Origin: Eubacteriales bacterium | GTDB taxonomy: Bacteria; Bacillota; Clostridia; Oscillospirales; CAG-272 | DNA: 64,000 bases | Direction: 5' to 3' | Assembly: GCA_045647805.1 (NCBI GenBank) | Contig: JAZRMT010000146.1 | Coordinates: forward strand, 24-64,023 | Part shown: positions 56,969 through 64,000 of the stretch, piece after piece | Layout of the letters: every line of letters begins with the position of its first letter | Position numbering within the stretch: the stretch's first letter is position 1 | Notes under the pieces: generated by a model | Database searches by the model: none | What the model saw: the letters and a program-made list of their open reading frames with translations, nothing else | What the model was told of the DNA's origin: nothing | Translations under genes and position numbers: made by a program

Positions 56969-57943
56969 CTATCGGCATAAAAATTCATTTTTTGCCGTTT
57001 TTCTTATATTTAAAGGGGTGGAGTGGCATCTTCTCTTGAATTCTCTGTGGAAGTAGGACTCGTTTTCGTAGCCAACGCTTCTTATTACGGCACTTATTGG
57101 CATATCGCTGTTTTCGAAGAGGTCTATTGCTCTCTTTATCCGCTCCTCGACGAGCAATTCCTTGAAGGTTTTGCCGAAATAGTCTGAAATGAGCTTTGAG
57201 AGATGCGGAGTGGAGAGAAATACTAATTTTGATAGCTCTTTTAACGTTGCGGTGGGGTAATTATCCCTAATATATGCAATAATTTCGCTTTTTCTGTTCT
57301 CAATTTTGCTTCTCGGGGAGCTTCCCTCTACCAAAAGCTCTTCCTGATGCAATGAAAGATGCTCCAGCAGCAAAGAAAGGGTTTTTTCGGTTATACTGCG
57401 AGAGCTTTTTTGTTCGGTAAGGCAAAAGAGCAGGTTTTCTGTCAGATTCTCGATTTCCTTTATACCTTCTGTTTTGAAATGCAGAAATGCGGGTTCTCCG
57501 GACGCTTTGGCGTTTTCCTTGACGAACTCGGAGAACACCGTATCGCTGAGATTGGGAGAGAGAGCACTGAGAAAGGACTCGGAGGCAATGATATTGATAC
57601 CGATGTCCTCTCGTTCTGCACGCTCGACAGAGTGGGAGACGTGCTTGTTCATCAGCAAAATGTCTCCTTTGGAAAGTTTTATGCGTTTTTTGCTTATAAA
57701 GTGGGTAATACTACCTGAAATTACCGTCATTATTTCCATATAATTGTGGGAGTGTGTGGGGAATGGTGCAAATCTCGTATGTATCCTCATTGCAATGTCG
57801 GCTTTTCCGCCGGTCATTTTTTTATCACTTATAATAAAACTCTCTCCAATGGCATACTGACGTATATCAAGCGGTTCTCCGCTGAGTATTTTTTGTTCCT
57901 CCTTGCTGATTTGTGCAAGTTTTTGAAGTAATGCTTTCTCCAT
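56969..57943 (-). CDS. AraC-family transcriptional regulator (cupin sensor plus HTH), probably the rhamnose regulator
   Basis: N-terminal cupin (HSHNYMEIMTVISG) and C-terminal AraC-type HTH (SVGYENESYFHREFKR). It is divergent from rhaBAD. Confidence 0.8.
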   Translation of the reverse strand: MEKALLQKLAQISKEEQKILSGEPLDIRQYAIGESFIISDKKMTGGKADIAMRIHTRFAPFPTHSHNYMEIMTVISGSITHFISKKRIKLSKGDILLMNKHVSHSVERAEREDIGINIIASESFLSALSPNLSDTVFSEFVKENAKASGEPAFLHFKTEGIKEIENLTENLLFCLTEQKSSRSITEKTLSLLLEHLSLHQEELLVEGSSPRSKIENRKSEIIAYIRDNYPTATLKELSKLVFLSTPHLSKLISDYFGKTFKELLVEERIKRAIDLFENSDMPISAVIRSVGYENESYFHREFKRRCHSTPLNIRKTAKNEFLCR

Positions 57944-58111
57944 GTTTGACCTCTTTTGCTAGAATTTATACTTATTTTAACATATTCTAAGCTGTAAATC
58001 AACAAAAATCTTAAATAAAGACTTTTTTTGCAATAATTTTATGCCTTGTATGCTGTGAGATAATATGTTAATATATAGAAGGAAATATTTATTTTAGGAA
58101 AGGGTTCAACC

Positions 58112-59425
58112 ATGAAAGCTTATCTTGCAATTGATATAGGTGCTTCCAGCGGTAGACATATTGTCGGATATATGCAGGACGGTAGTCTTGTTACTGAGGA
58201 AATATACCGCTTTTATAACGGTATGGACAGCCTTGAAGGTCACCTGGTATGGGATACCGACAGACTTCTTACTGAGGTCAAGGAGGGAATTAAGAGAACG
58301 CTCGTTAAATATCCCGAGACGGTCAGCCTTTCCATTGACACGTGGGGCGTTGACTACGTTCTTATGAAGGGAGATAAGGAAGTAAAGCCTACCTATGCTT
58401 ACCGTGATTCCAGAGTGGAGGAGCCGATCAAGGAGGTTCATTCGATCATTCCCTTCGAGAAGCTTTATTCGAGAACAGGAACTCAGTTTAATAAGTTCAA
58501 CACAATTTATCAGCTTTATGCCGACAAGAAGGCGGGCAGGCTCGAGGGGGTTACCGATTTTCTTATGATTCCCGAGTACCTTATGTATAAGCTGACAGGA
58601 GTTAAGAAAAAGGAGTTTACCGAGGCATCTACCACCGGCCTTGTGAATGCCGAAACGCTCGAGTATGACGAATGGATATTTGATACTCTCGGACTTCCCC
58701 GTGCGCTTATCAAGAAAATAGATAAGCCAACAGATGCAGTAGGCAGAATTTCTGACGAGGTGGCAAAGGAGGTTGGCGGAAGTCCTCTTGTTGTTCTTTG
58801 TGCAACTCACGACACGGGAAGTGCCGTTGAGGCGATAGACATGGAAAACGATTCGCCTTACATATCCTCCGGTACTTGGTCGCTTCTCGGAGTTAAGACC
58901 GAGCGTCCCATCACCGATATGAAGAGCTGTAATTCCGGCTATTCCAACGAGGGCGGCGTAGGATATAACCGCTATCAGAAGAATATCACCGGAATGTGGA
59001 TAATTCAGAGTCTTAGGAAGGAGCTTTGCCCCGAAACCTCCTATTCGGATATTGCCGATATGGCGGCAAGAAGCGAATATACCGAGGTGTTCGACGTAAA
59101 CGACGATACCTTCATGGCTCCCGACTCTATGAAGGAGGCTATCAGGAGCTATCTTGTGGGTGAGGGCAAGCCTGCACCCGTATCCGATGCCGATTATTTC
59201 AATTCGGCATATCACAGCCTCGGATACTGCTATGACATCGCTATTAAGGATTTGGAGAACAACACCGGTAAGAGCTATCCCGATATATATATCGTGGGAG
59301 GCGGTGCAAAGAACGACTATCTTAACGGCTTGACCGAAAAATATACCGGAAAGAGAGTTGTGGCTCTTCCCATAGAGGCAACGGCTATCGGAAACCTAAA
59401 AATACAGATTACAAGGGATAAATAA
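58112..59425 (+). CDS. rhaB: Rhamnulokinase (FGGY kinase)
   Basis: N-terminal motif AIDIGASSGR, FGGY-family length, and operon context with rhaA and rhaD. Confidence 0.85.
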   Translation: MKAYLAIDIGASSGRHIVGYMQDGSLVTEEIYRFYNGMDSLEGHLVWDTDRLLTEVKEGIKRTLVKYPETVSLSIDTWGVDYVLMKGDKEVKPTYAYRDSRVEEPIKEVHSIIPFEKLYSRTGTQFNKFNTIYQLYADKKAGRLEGVTDFLMIPEYLMYKLTGVKKKEFTEASTTGLVNAETLEYDEWIFDTLGLPRALIKKIDKPTDAVGRISDEVAKEVGGSPLVVLCATHDTGSAVEAIDMENDSPYISSGTWSLLGVKTERPITDMKSCNSGYSNEGGVGYNRYQKNITGMWIIQSLRKELCPETSYSDIADMAARSEYTEVFDVNDDTFMAPDSMKEAIRSYLVGEGKPAPVSDADYFNSAYHSLGYCYDIAIKDLENNTGKSYPDIYIVGGGAKNDYLNGLTEKYTGKRVVALPIEATAIGNLKIQITRDK

Positions 59426-60670
59426 ATGGACAATTACGAATACGCTAAGAAAAAATACGCTGAGTTCGGTATTGATACCGATCTCGCAATAGAGAAGCTC
59501 TCCTCTGTTACCGTGTCGATGCATTGCTGGCAGGGTGATGACGTTACCGGCTTTGATTCGGCAGAGGAACTTTCGGGAGGAATACAGACAACCGGAAATT
59601 ATCCCGGCAGAGCAAGAACCCCGGACGAGCTTATGGCGGATATTGATAAGGCACTTTCGCTTATCCCCGGCAAGAAAAAGCTTAATCTTCACGCCTGCTA
59701 TGCAATATTCGAGGACGGTGAGGTAGTAGGACGTGATAAATTTGAGCCTAAGCATTTTGCAAAGTGGTTACAATTCGCTCAGCAGAGAGGTATGGGCATT
59801 GATTTTAATCCTACCTTCTTCGCTCATCCTATGGTTAAGGACAACCTCACTCTTTCGTCTCCCGACAAGTCCGTAAGAGACTATTGGATTGCTCACGGAA
59901 AGGCGTGCATAAGAATAGCCGAGTATTTTGCCACCGAGACCGGTGTTCCCTCTGTTATTAACTTCTGGATCCCCGACGGATATAAGGAGATACCCGCTGA
60001 CAGATATTCTCCCAGAGCAAGATTCAAGGCATCGCTTGACGAAATACTTGACACCCCTTACGATAAGTCGAAGGTTTACGTTACTCTTGAATCTAAGGTG
60101 TTTGGAATCGGACTTGAATCCTACACCGTAGGCTCTGCCGAATTCTGCCTTTCCTATTCAACTCAGAAGGGAATTACTCCCCTTATGGATAACGGTCATT
60201 ATCATCCCACGGAGATGGTATCGGATAAGATACCTTCGCTTTTGCTCTTCAATGATAAGATCGCACTTCACGTAACAAGAGCGGTACGCTGGGATTCAGA
60301 CCACGTTGTTATCCTTGATGACGAAACTAAGGAGATCGCTAAGGAGATCGTAAGATGCGATGCTCTTGACAGAGTGTTTATAGCACTTGATTATTTCGAT
60401 GCATCTATTAACCGTGTTGCGGCGTGGGTTATCGGTATGAGGAATTTCCAGAAGGCACTTCTTTCTGCTCTTCTGTTTCCTAATGAAGAACTGAAGGCGG
60501 CACAGGACGATGCAAATTATACTAAAATGCTCGCCCTCAGCGAGGAGTTCAAGACCATGCCGTTTGACGCCGTTTGGAATGAGTATTGCCAGAGATGCGG
60601 TGCTCCCGTGGGTATGAAATGGTATGACTTGATTATGGAATACGAGAGGGAAGAACTCTCGAAAAGATGA
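59426..60670 (+). CDS. rhaA: L-rhamnose isomerase
   Basis: The start abuts the rhaB stop. The motif SMHCWQGDDVTGF and a length of about 414 aa are typical of RhaA. Confidence 0.9.
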   Translation: MDNYEYAKKKYAEFGIDTDLAIEKLSSVTVSMHCWQGDDVTGFDSAEELSGGIQTTGNYPGRARTPDELMADIDKALSLIPGKKKLNLHACYAIFEDGEVVGRDKFEPKHFAKWLQFAQQRGMGIDFNPTFFAHPMVKDNLTLSSPDKSVRDYWIAHGKACIRIAEYFATETGVPSVINFWIPDGYKEIPADRYSPRARFKASLDEILDTPYDKSKVYVTLESKVFGIGLESYTVGSAEFCLSYSTQKGITPLMDNGHYHPTEMVSDKIPSLLLFNDKIALHVTRAVRWDSDHVVILDDETKEIAKEIVRCDALDRVFIALDYFDASINRVAAWVIGMRNFQKALLSALLFPNEELKAAQDDANYTKMLALSEEFKTMPFDAVWNEYCQRCGAPVGMKWYDLIMEYEREELSKR

Positions 60671-60722
60671 CTGAATTTTTTTAAAAAAAGTAAATAATTA
60701 ATTACATATTAGGAGAAAAACA

Positions 60723-61532
60723 ATGAAAAACATCCTTGAAGCACCCTTTGTAAAAGAAATGTGCGAAGCAACCGCCAATATGTACCGTCTTGGCTGGGAC
60801 GAGAGAAACGGCGGTAACATCAGCTACCTTCTTGATGAAAAAGAGGTAGGCGAGTATCTTGATCTCACTAACGTTATTCGTACCATTCCCACCGGCTTCG
60901 ATGCTTCTGCTCTTATTGGCAGAATCTTTATCGTTACCGGTACCGGTAAGTATTTCAAAAACGTAGAGAAGGATCCCGAGTATAACCTCGGTATCGTTCG
61001 TATTGCTAAAGACGGAACCACCGCAGAGCTTCTTTGGGGTTGGTCGGACGGCGGTAAGTTTACCTCCGAGTTCCCCGCACACATGATGAGCCACATCTCC
61101 AGACTCTCTGTTGATCCCACCCACAGAATAGTAATGCACTCCCACCCCACTTATACTATCGCGATGAATGCCGTGTGCCCCATTGACGAGAAGGACTTCA
61201 CTCACAGACTTTGGCAGTCCAATACCGAGGCAGTTGTCGTATTCCCTGACGGTGTAGGAGTTCTTCCTTGCATGGTATGCGGAACTAATGAGATCGGCAT
61301 TGCTACCGCAGAGAAGATGAAGAGCTTCAGACTTGTTGTCTGGACCAACCACGGTATCTACGGTACCGGTAAAACTATGGATGAGGCGTTCGGACTTATC
61401 GAGACCGTGGAGAAGACCGCACAGATCTATATGCTCGCGCTCGGTCACACCGTAAACGTTATTCCCGATCAGATCATAAAGGAGCTTGCGGCACTCTGGA
61501 ATCTTACCCCCCTTGAAGGTATTCTCGACTAA
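60723..61532 (+). CDS. rhaD: Rhamnulose-1-phosphate aldolase (class II aldolase)
   Basis: AGGAG RBS. The motif GWDERNGGNIS and the histidine pattern HMMSH...HSHP are typical of RhaD. Confidence 0.88.
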   Translation: MKNILEAPFVKEMCEATANMYRLGWDERNGGNISYLLDEKEVGEYLDLTNVIRTIPTGFDASALIGRIFIVTGTGKYFKNVEKDPEYNLGIVRIAKDGTTAELLWGWSDGGKFTSEFPAHMMSHISRLSVDPTHRIVMHSHPTYTIAMNAVCPIDEKDFTHRLWQSNTEAVVVFPDGVGVLPCMVCGTNEIGIATAEKMKSFRLVVWTNHGIYGTGKTMDEAFGLIETVEKTAQIYMLALGHTVNVIPDQIIKELAALWNLTPLEGILD

Positions 61533-61540
61533 GAGCCGAC

Positions 61541-61607
61541 ATATTTGGTGATAACCGCCGTTTTTCGACAAGCTCGCAATAGGTAACTATTGCTTCGGTC
61601 GGAAGAA
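61541..61607 (+). repeat. Copy 1 of a 67-bp direct repeat containing an extended hairpin
   Basis: ATATTTGGTGATAACCGCCGTTTTTCGACAAGCTCGCAATAGGTAACTATTGCTTCGGTCGGAAGAA. The inner perfect stem pairs GCAATAG with CTATTGC, and the outer stem pairs CGAC with GTCG. Confidence 0.9.
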
Positions 61608-61653
61608 CGACGCTTCTCAAACAAATCTGTCTGTCTCTTAGAAGAACTATTGG

Positions 61654-61720
61654 ATATTTGGTGATAACCGCCGTTTTCCGACAAGCTCGCAATAGGTAAC
61701 TATTGCTTCGGTCGGAAGAA
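61654..61720 (+). repeat. Copy 2 of the 67-bp direct repeat (one mismatch)
   Basis: Identical to 61541-61607 except T to C in the TTTTTCG/TTTTCCG segment. The period is 113 bp. Confidence 0.9.
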
Positions 61721-61770
61721 TGATGCTCCCAAAAAAACAGCTCGCAACAATCGACTATTAATTTAAATCA

Positions 61771-61817
61771 AAAAAGCTGAAAACCCAAGATTTTTGCAAA
61801 GGTTTTCAGTTTTTTTA
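61771..61817. terminator. Bidirectional rho-independent terminator
   Basis: CTGAAAACC pairs with GGTTTTCAG. AAAAAA lies upstream and TTTTTTT downstream. Confidence 0.75.
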
Positions 61818-61827
61818 TAAACGGATA

Positions 61828-61908
61828 TTACTTGAAATATCTCTCGAGAAGACCTGCGAATGCCTTGCCATGACGAGCCTCGTCACGAGCCATTTCGTGT
61901 ACGGTGTC
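61828..61908 (-). pseudogene. Detached copy of the last 26 codons plus stop of rubrerythrin (fragment 1)
   Basis: The minus strand encodes [26 protein letters not shown]. The intact rbr gene ends ...[27 protein letters not shown]. The differences are mostly synonymous. Confidence 0.8.
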
Positions 61909-61917
61909 TTTAGAATT

Positions 61918-61977
61918 CCCTGTTGGGGAAGGGGGACCGTGTAAGCGGTGGATGAGGAGCTACCACGACTTAGTTAT
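61918..61977 (+). repeat. Structured repeat, copy adjacent to rbr fragment 1
   Basis: CCCTGTTGGGGAAGGGGGACCGTGTAAGCGGTGGATGAGGAGCTACCACGACTTAGTTAT. It is nearly identical to 62139-62198 and its core matches 19038-19080 in inverted orientation. Confidence 0.85.
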
Positions 61978-62045
61978 TTGCTGAAAAAAAGGGAGCGAAT
62001 GAAAAAAGGGAGCGAATCAATTTCACTCCCTTTAATTGTATTGAA

Positions 62046-62129
62046 TCACTTACCGAAATATCTCTCAAGAAGTCCTGCGAAAGCCTTGCCATGACGAGCC
62101 TCGTCACGAGCCATTTCGTGTACGGTATC
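62046..62129 (-). pseudogene. Detached copy of the last 27 codons plus stop of rubrerythrin (fragment 2)
   Basis: The minus strand encodes [27 protein letters not shown] using different terminal codons (GGT AAG TGA) from the intact gene (GGC AAA TAA). Confidence 0.8.
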
Positions 62130-62138
62130 TTTAGCCTT

Positions 62139-62198
62139 CCCTGTTGGGGAAGGGGGACCGTGTAAGCGGTGGATGAGGAGCTACCACGACTTAGTTAT
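62139..62198 (+). repeat. Structured repeat, copy adjacent to rbr fragment 2
   Basis: Same sequence as 61918-61977 apart from one or two substitutions. Confidence 0.85.
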
Positions 62199-62221
62199 CT
62201 GCTGAAAAAAAGGGAGCGAAT

Positions 62222-62252
62222 GAAAAAGGGAGTGAACTGAAATTCACTCCCT
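62222..62252 (-). terminator. Rho-independent terminator of rbr
   Basis: On the minus strand, GGGAGTGAA pairs with TTCACTCCC and is followed by TTTTT. A similar hairpin follows fragment 2. Confidence 0.75.
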
Positions 62253-62266
62253 CAGTTTGCATCAAC

Positions 62267-62815
62267 TTATTTGCCGAAATATCTCTCAAGAAGTCCTGCG
62301 AATGCCTTGCCGTGGCGAGCCTCGTCACGAGCCATTTCGTGTACGGTGTCGTGGATAGCATCGAGGTTAAGAGCCTTTGCTCTCTTAGCAAGGTCGAACT
62401 TGCCCTCGGTTGCACCGTTCTCAGCGGCAACTCTCATCTCGAGGTTCTTCTTGGTAGAGTCGGTAACTACCTCACCGAGAAGCTCGGCGAACTTAGCTGC
62501 GTGCTCTGCTTCCTCGTAAGCAGCCTTCTCCCAGTAGAGACCGATCTCGGGATAGCCCTCTCTGTGAGCAACTCTTGCCATTGCAAGGTACATACCAACC
62601 TCGGTGCACTCACCCATATAGTTAGCTCTGAGATCAGCGATGATATCCTCGGGAGAACCCTGAGCTACACCTACTACGTGCTCTGCTGCCCAAGTAAGGG
62701 TGTTCTCCTCCTGCTTATTGAACTTTTCGGCGGGAACCTTGCACTGGGGGCATCTCTCGGGAGCAGCATCTCCCTCGTGAACGTAACCGCATACGGAACA
62801 TACAAACTTTGCCAT
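62267..62815 (-). CDS. rbr: Reverse rubrerythrin (N-terminal rubredoxin-like CxxC...CxxC, C-terminal ferritin-like diiron domain)
   Basis: The start is moved to the ATG at complement 62813-62815 ([28 protein letters not shown]...), which follows GGAG. Diiron motifs EE.EHA and EARH are present. Confidence 0.9.
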   Translation of the reverse strand: MAKFVCSVCGYVHEGDAAPERCPQCKVPAEKFNKQEENTLTWAAEHVVGVAQGSPEDIIADLRANYMGECTEVGMYLAMARVAHREGYPEIGLYWEKAAYEEAEHAAKFAELLGEVVTDSTKKNLEMRVAAENGATEGKFDLAKRAKALNLDAIHDTVHEMARDEARHGKAFAGLLERYFGK

Positions 62816-62864
62816 AATGAAAAATCTCCTTTTGTTAAGTGTTTTTTTGTTTTTGATTTGGGAT

Positions 62865-63257
62865 TTATCCCTGTTTTTTTCGACAGTTTTCGCACAGTCC
62901 GAAGAACTCAACGTGACATTCTTCCACTGAAAAACCTTCGTGCGGGGCAGCTTTGCTTACTAACGAGCAGTTATTAAGCTCGATTGTGACATCGGCAACG
63001 TGGCCACAATTCTTACAGGTGATGTGATGATGCTCTCGAAGAGTAAAATCAAACCTGTCGTTTGCATCCCTAAGCTTCAAGCGTCTGATAGAGCCTTCCT
63101 CTGCTGCCTCGGCAAGTATTCTGTAAACTGTTGCTCGGCTTATACCAGGGTACTTTTCGTGTACCGCATCGTAAACCATACCTGCGGAAGGGTGGTTTGT
63201 CATACTGTCAAAGACCTCGGAAACAATGCTTTTCTGTAAAGTGTTTCTCTTTGTCAT
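62865..63257 (-). CDS. Fur-family transcriptional regulator, probably a PerR-type peroxide sensor
   Basis: 130 aa with a winged-helix N-terminus ([10 protein letters not shown]). It has the HHH motif and two CxxC pairs (CKNCGH, CENC). It lies immediately upstream of rubrerythrin on the same strand. Confidence 0.85.
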   Translation of the reverse strand: MTKRNTLQKSIVSEVFDSMTNHPSAGMVYDAVHEKYPGISRATVYRILAEAAEEGSIRRLKLRDANDRFDFTLREHHHITCKNCGHVADVTIELNNCSLVSKAAPHEGFSVEECHVEFFGLCENCRKKQG

Positions 63258-63296
63258 TGTGATAAATCGTCCTTACTAGGACTCTGTCCTGATAAT

Positions 63297-63325
63297 ATTA
63301 TAGCAAAACGAAAACCGCTTGTCAA
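63297..63325 (-). promoter_or_regulatory. Consensus promoter (TTGACA-17 nt-TATAAT) for the Fur-family gene and rbr, with an ATAATATTAT palindrome overlapping the -10
   Basis: The minus strand reads TTGACAAGCGGTTTTCGTTTTGCTATAATATTATCAGG. The Fur/PerR-box-like ATAAT/ATTAT half-sites overlap the -10 hexamer. Confidence 0.65.
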
Positions 63326-63740
63326 TAGGTTTTTCGAAAAAAGTTGAATTTTTTTAAAAATGCGAAAATCGAAACGAAATGGTTGAGAATTCGTCTTTTC
63401 GGAAAGTCGCTGACTTCTCCTTAATATATATTTGTTGACTTTCGCATTCTTCGGTGTTATATTGGCTTTGCGGTATTAAATATTTAGAAAAATATTTACT
63501 ACTTTTGTATGCATTGAGAGGATGCTGCTGAAACGCCCGACAACGGTGAAACAATAGTTTACCAAACGAAGGGGTTGACGCATTTTGAAGTAACCCCAAA
63601 ATGCTCCCAATCCTCCTTCCGAGGCACGCTTCGCCGGGGAAGGCCACTTTGCCTCTCTGCGGTGGGGGGCATGTTTTCCGGGCATTGTACTGCGGCTCTG
63701 CCGCTCCGCTTGTTTCTACGATAGTTCTTTATTCTGTACG

Positions 63741-63777
63741 CAAAACGGCAGAGGCGTTCATTTTGAAGCCTCTGCCG
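63741..63777 (-). terminator. Rho-independent terminator after the small peptide ORF
   Basis: On the minus strand, GGCAGAGGC pairs with GCCTCTGCC and is followed by GTTTTG. Confidence 0.65.
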
Positions 63778-63798
63778 CGGTTATTTTTGATAATAGGC

Positions 63799-63924
63799 TT
63801 ACCAGGAGCCGTCTACCTCTCCGTCAAAGCCGTTTTCACTACCTACGCTGGATGTGATAACGTCTGTGTCATCGAAGGTGATAACGGTGATCTCGGGTAT
63901 TTCGTATTCTATTTTATTCTTCAT
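63799..63924 (-). CDS. Small acidic peptide (41 aa), function unknown
   Basis: Absent from the track because it is under 60 aa. The ATG lies 8 nt after GAGG. Translation: MKNKIEYEIPEITVITFDDTDVITSSVGSENGFDGEVDGSW. A terminator follows it. Confidence 0.5.
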   Translation of the reverse strand: MKNKIEYEIPEITVITFDDTDVITSSVGSENGFDGEVDGSW

Positions 63925-63938
63925 TGAAATTACCTCGC

Positions 63939-64000
63939 TTACACGGTTATTGGCGGCAGCTCTATGGGGGTGTCGCTGTTTTCGTTTTCGTTATCGCCGG
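63939..64000 (-). CDS. Possible 3' end of another small acidic ORF (only 19 codons visible)
   Basis: The open minus-strand frame ...GDNENENSDTPIELPPITV* ends 14 nt before the next ORF. Too little is visible to be sure it is coding. Confidence 0.3.
   Translation of the reverse strand, partial: GDNENENSDTPIELPPITV

Noticed and set aside
58106-59215. ORF 58106-59215 (-), 369 aa
   Set aside because: It is antisense to rhaB, which has clear FGGY kinase features and operon context.
63354-63927. ORFs 63354-63647 (-), 63476-63685 (-) and 63601-63927 (+)
   Set aside because: They have no RBS and biased low-complexity composition. The region contains GC-rich hairpin repeats and the terminator and small ORF of the minus strand, and 63601-63927 is antisense to the 41-aa ORF.
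1-64000. Prophage, integrative element, IS or transposon content, and rRNA or tRNA genes
   Set aside because: I saw no integrase, transposase, recombinase or phage structural motifs, and no tRNA- or rRNA-like sequence on either strand. The only mobile-looking signals are the short structured repeats reported above.

Overview
The window looks like chromosomal DNA from an anaerobic Firmicute, probably class Clostridia. Supporting features are GGAGG-type ribosome-binding sites, lipobox signal peptides, a long-form HPF, a T-box leader, a PerR-type regulator with a reverse rubrerythrin, and a CsoR-CopA copper module. I found no rRNA, tRNA, CRISPR array, transposase, integrase or phage gene. Ordinary genes present are a copper efflux module (csoR-copA), a T-box-controlled metY-metA pair and a rhamnose catabolic cluster (AraC-type regulator, rhaB, rhaA, rhaD). 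Also present are a Na/Pi cotransporter, hpf, two beta-lactamase-fold serine hydrolases, a gamma-class N6-adenine DNA methyltransferase, an SbcD-like phosphoesterase and several small genes. The dominant and unusual content is a seven-member paralogous gene family, all on the + strand, covering about 34 kb, just over half the window. It comprises four giant lipoproteins (A1, A2, A3, A4), two giant signal-anchored secreted proteins (B1, B2) and one leaderless 462-aa stand-alone copy (S). All seven share a roughly 450-aa core with the same ordered motifs, which I cannot assign to a characterised family. In the six large members the core is fused to several LamG/concanavalin-like modules. Each lipoprotein also has its own perfect in-frame tandem DNA repeat encoding an acidic stalk. 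B1 and B2 additionally carry Cys/His clusters, Ca-loop-like motifs and Cys3His repeat modules. Secondary oddities are a tandem array of diverged rubrerythrin 3' end fragments interleaved with a structured repeat that recurs elsewhere in the window, a 67-bp direct repeat pair after rhaD, and a perfect CsoR-operator promoter followed by an (AGTGAAT)6 leader. There is also a methyltransferase with an NPPM motif in place of NPPY/F/W, and small acidic peptide ORFs at the right edge. All fold and function statements for the large family are inference from motif style. No database search was possible.
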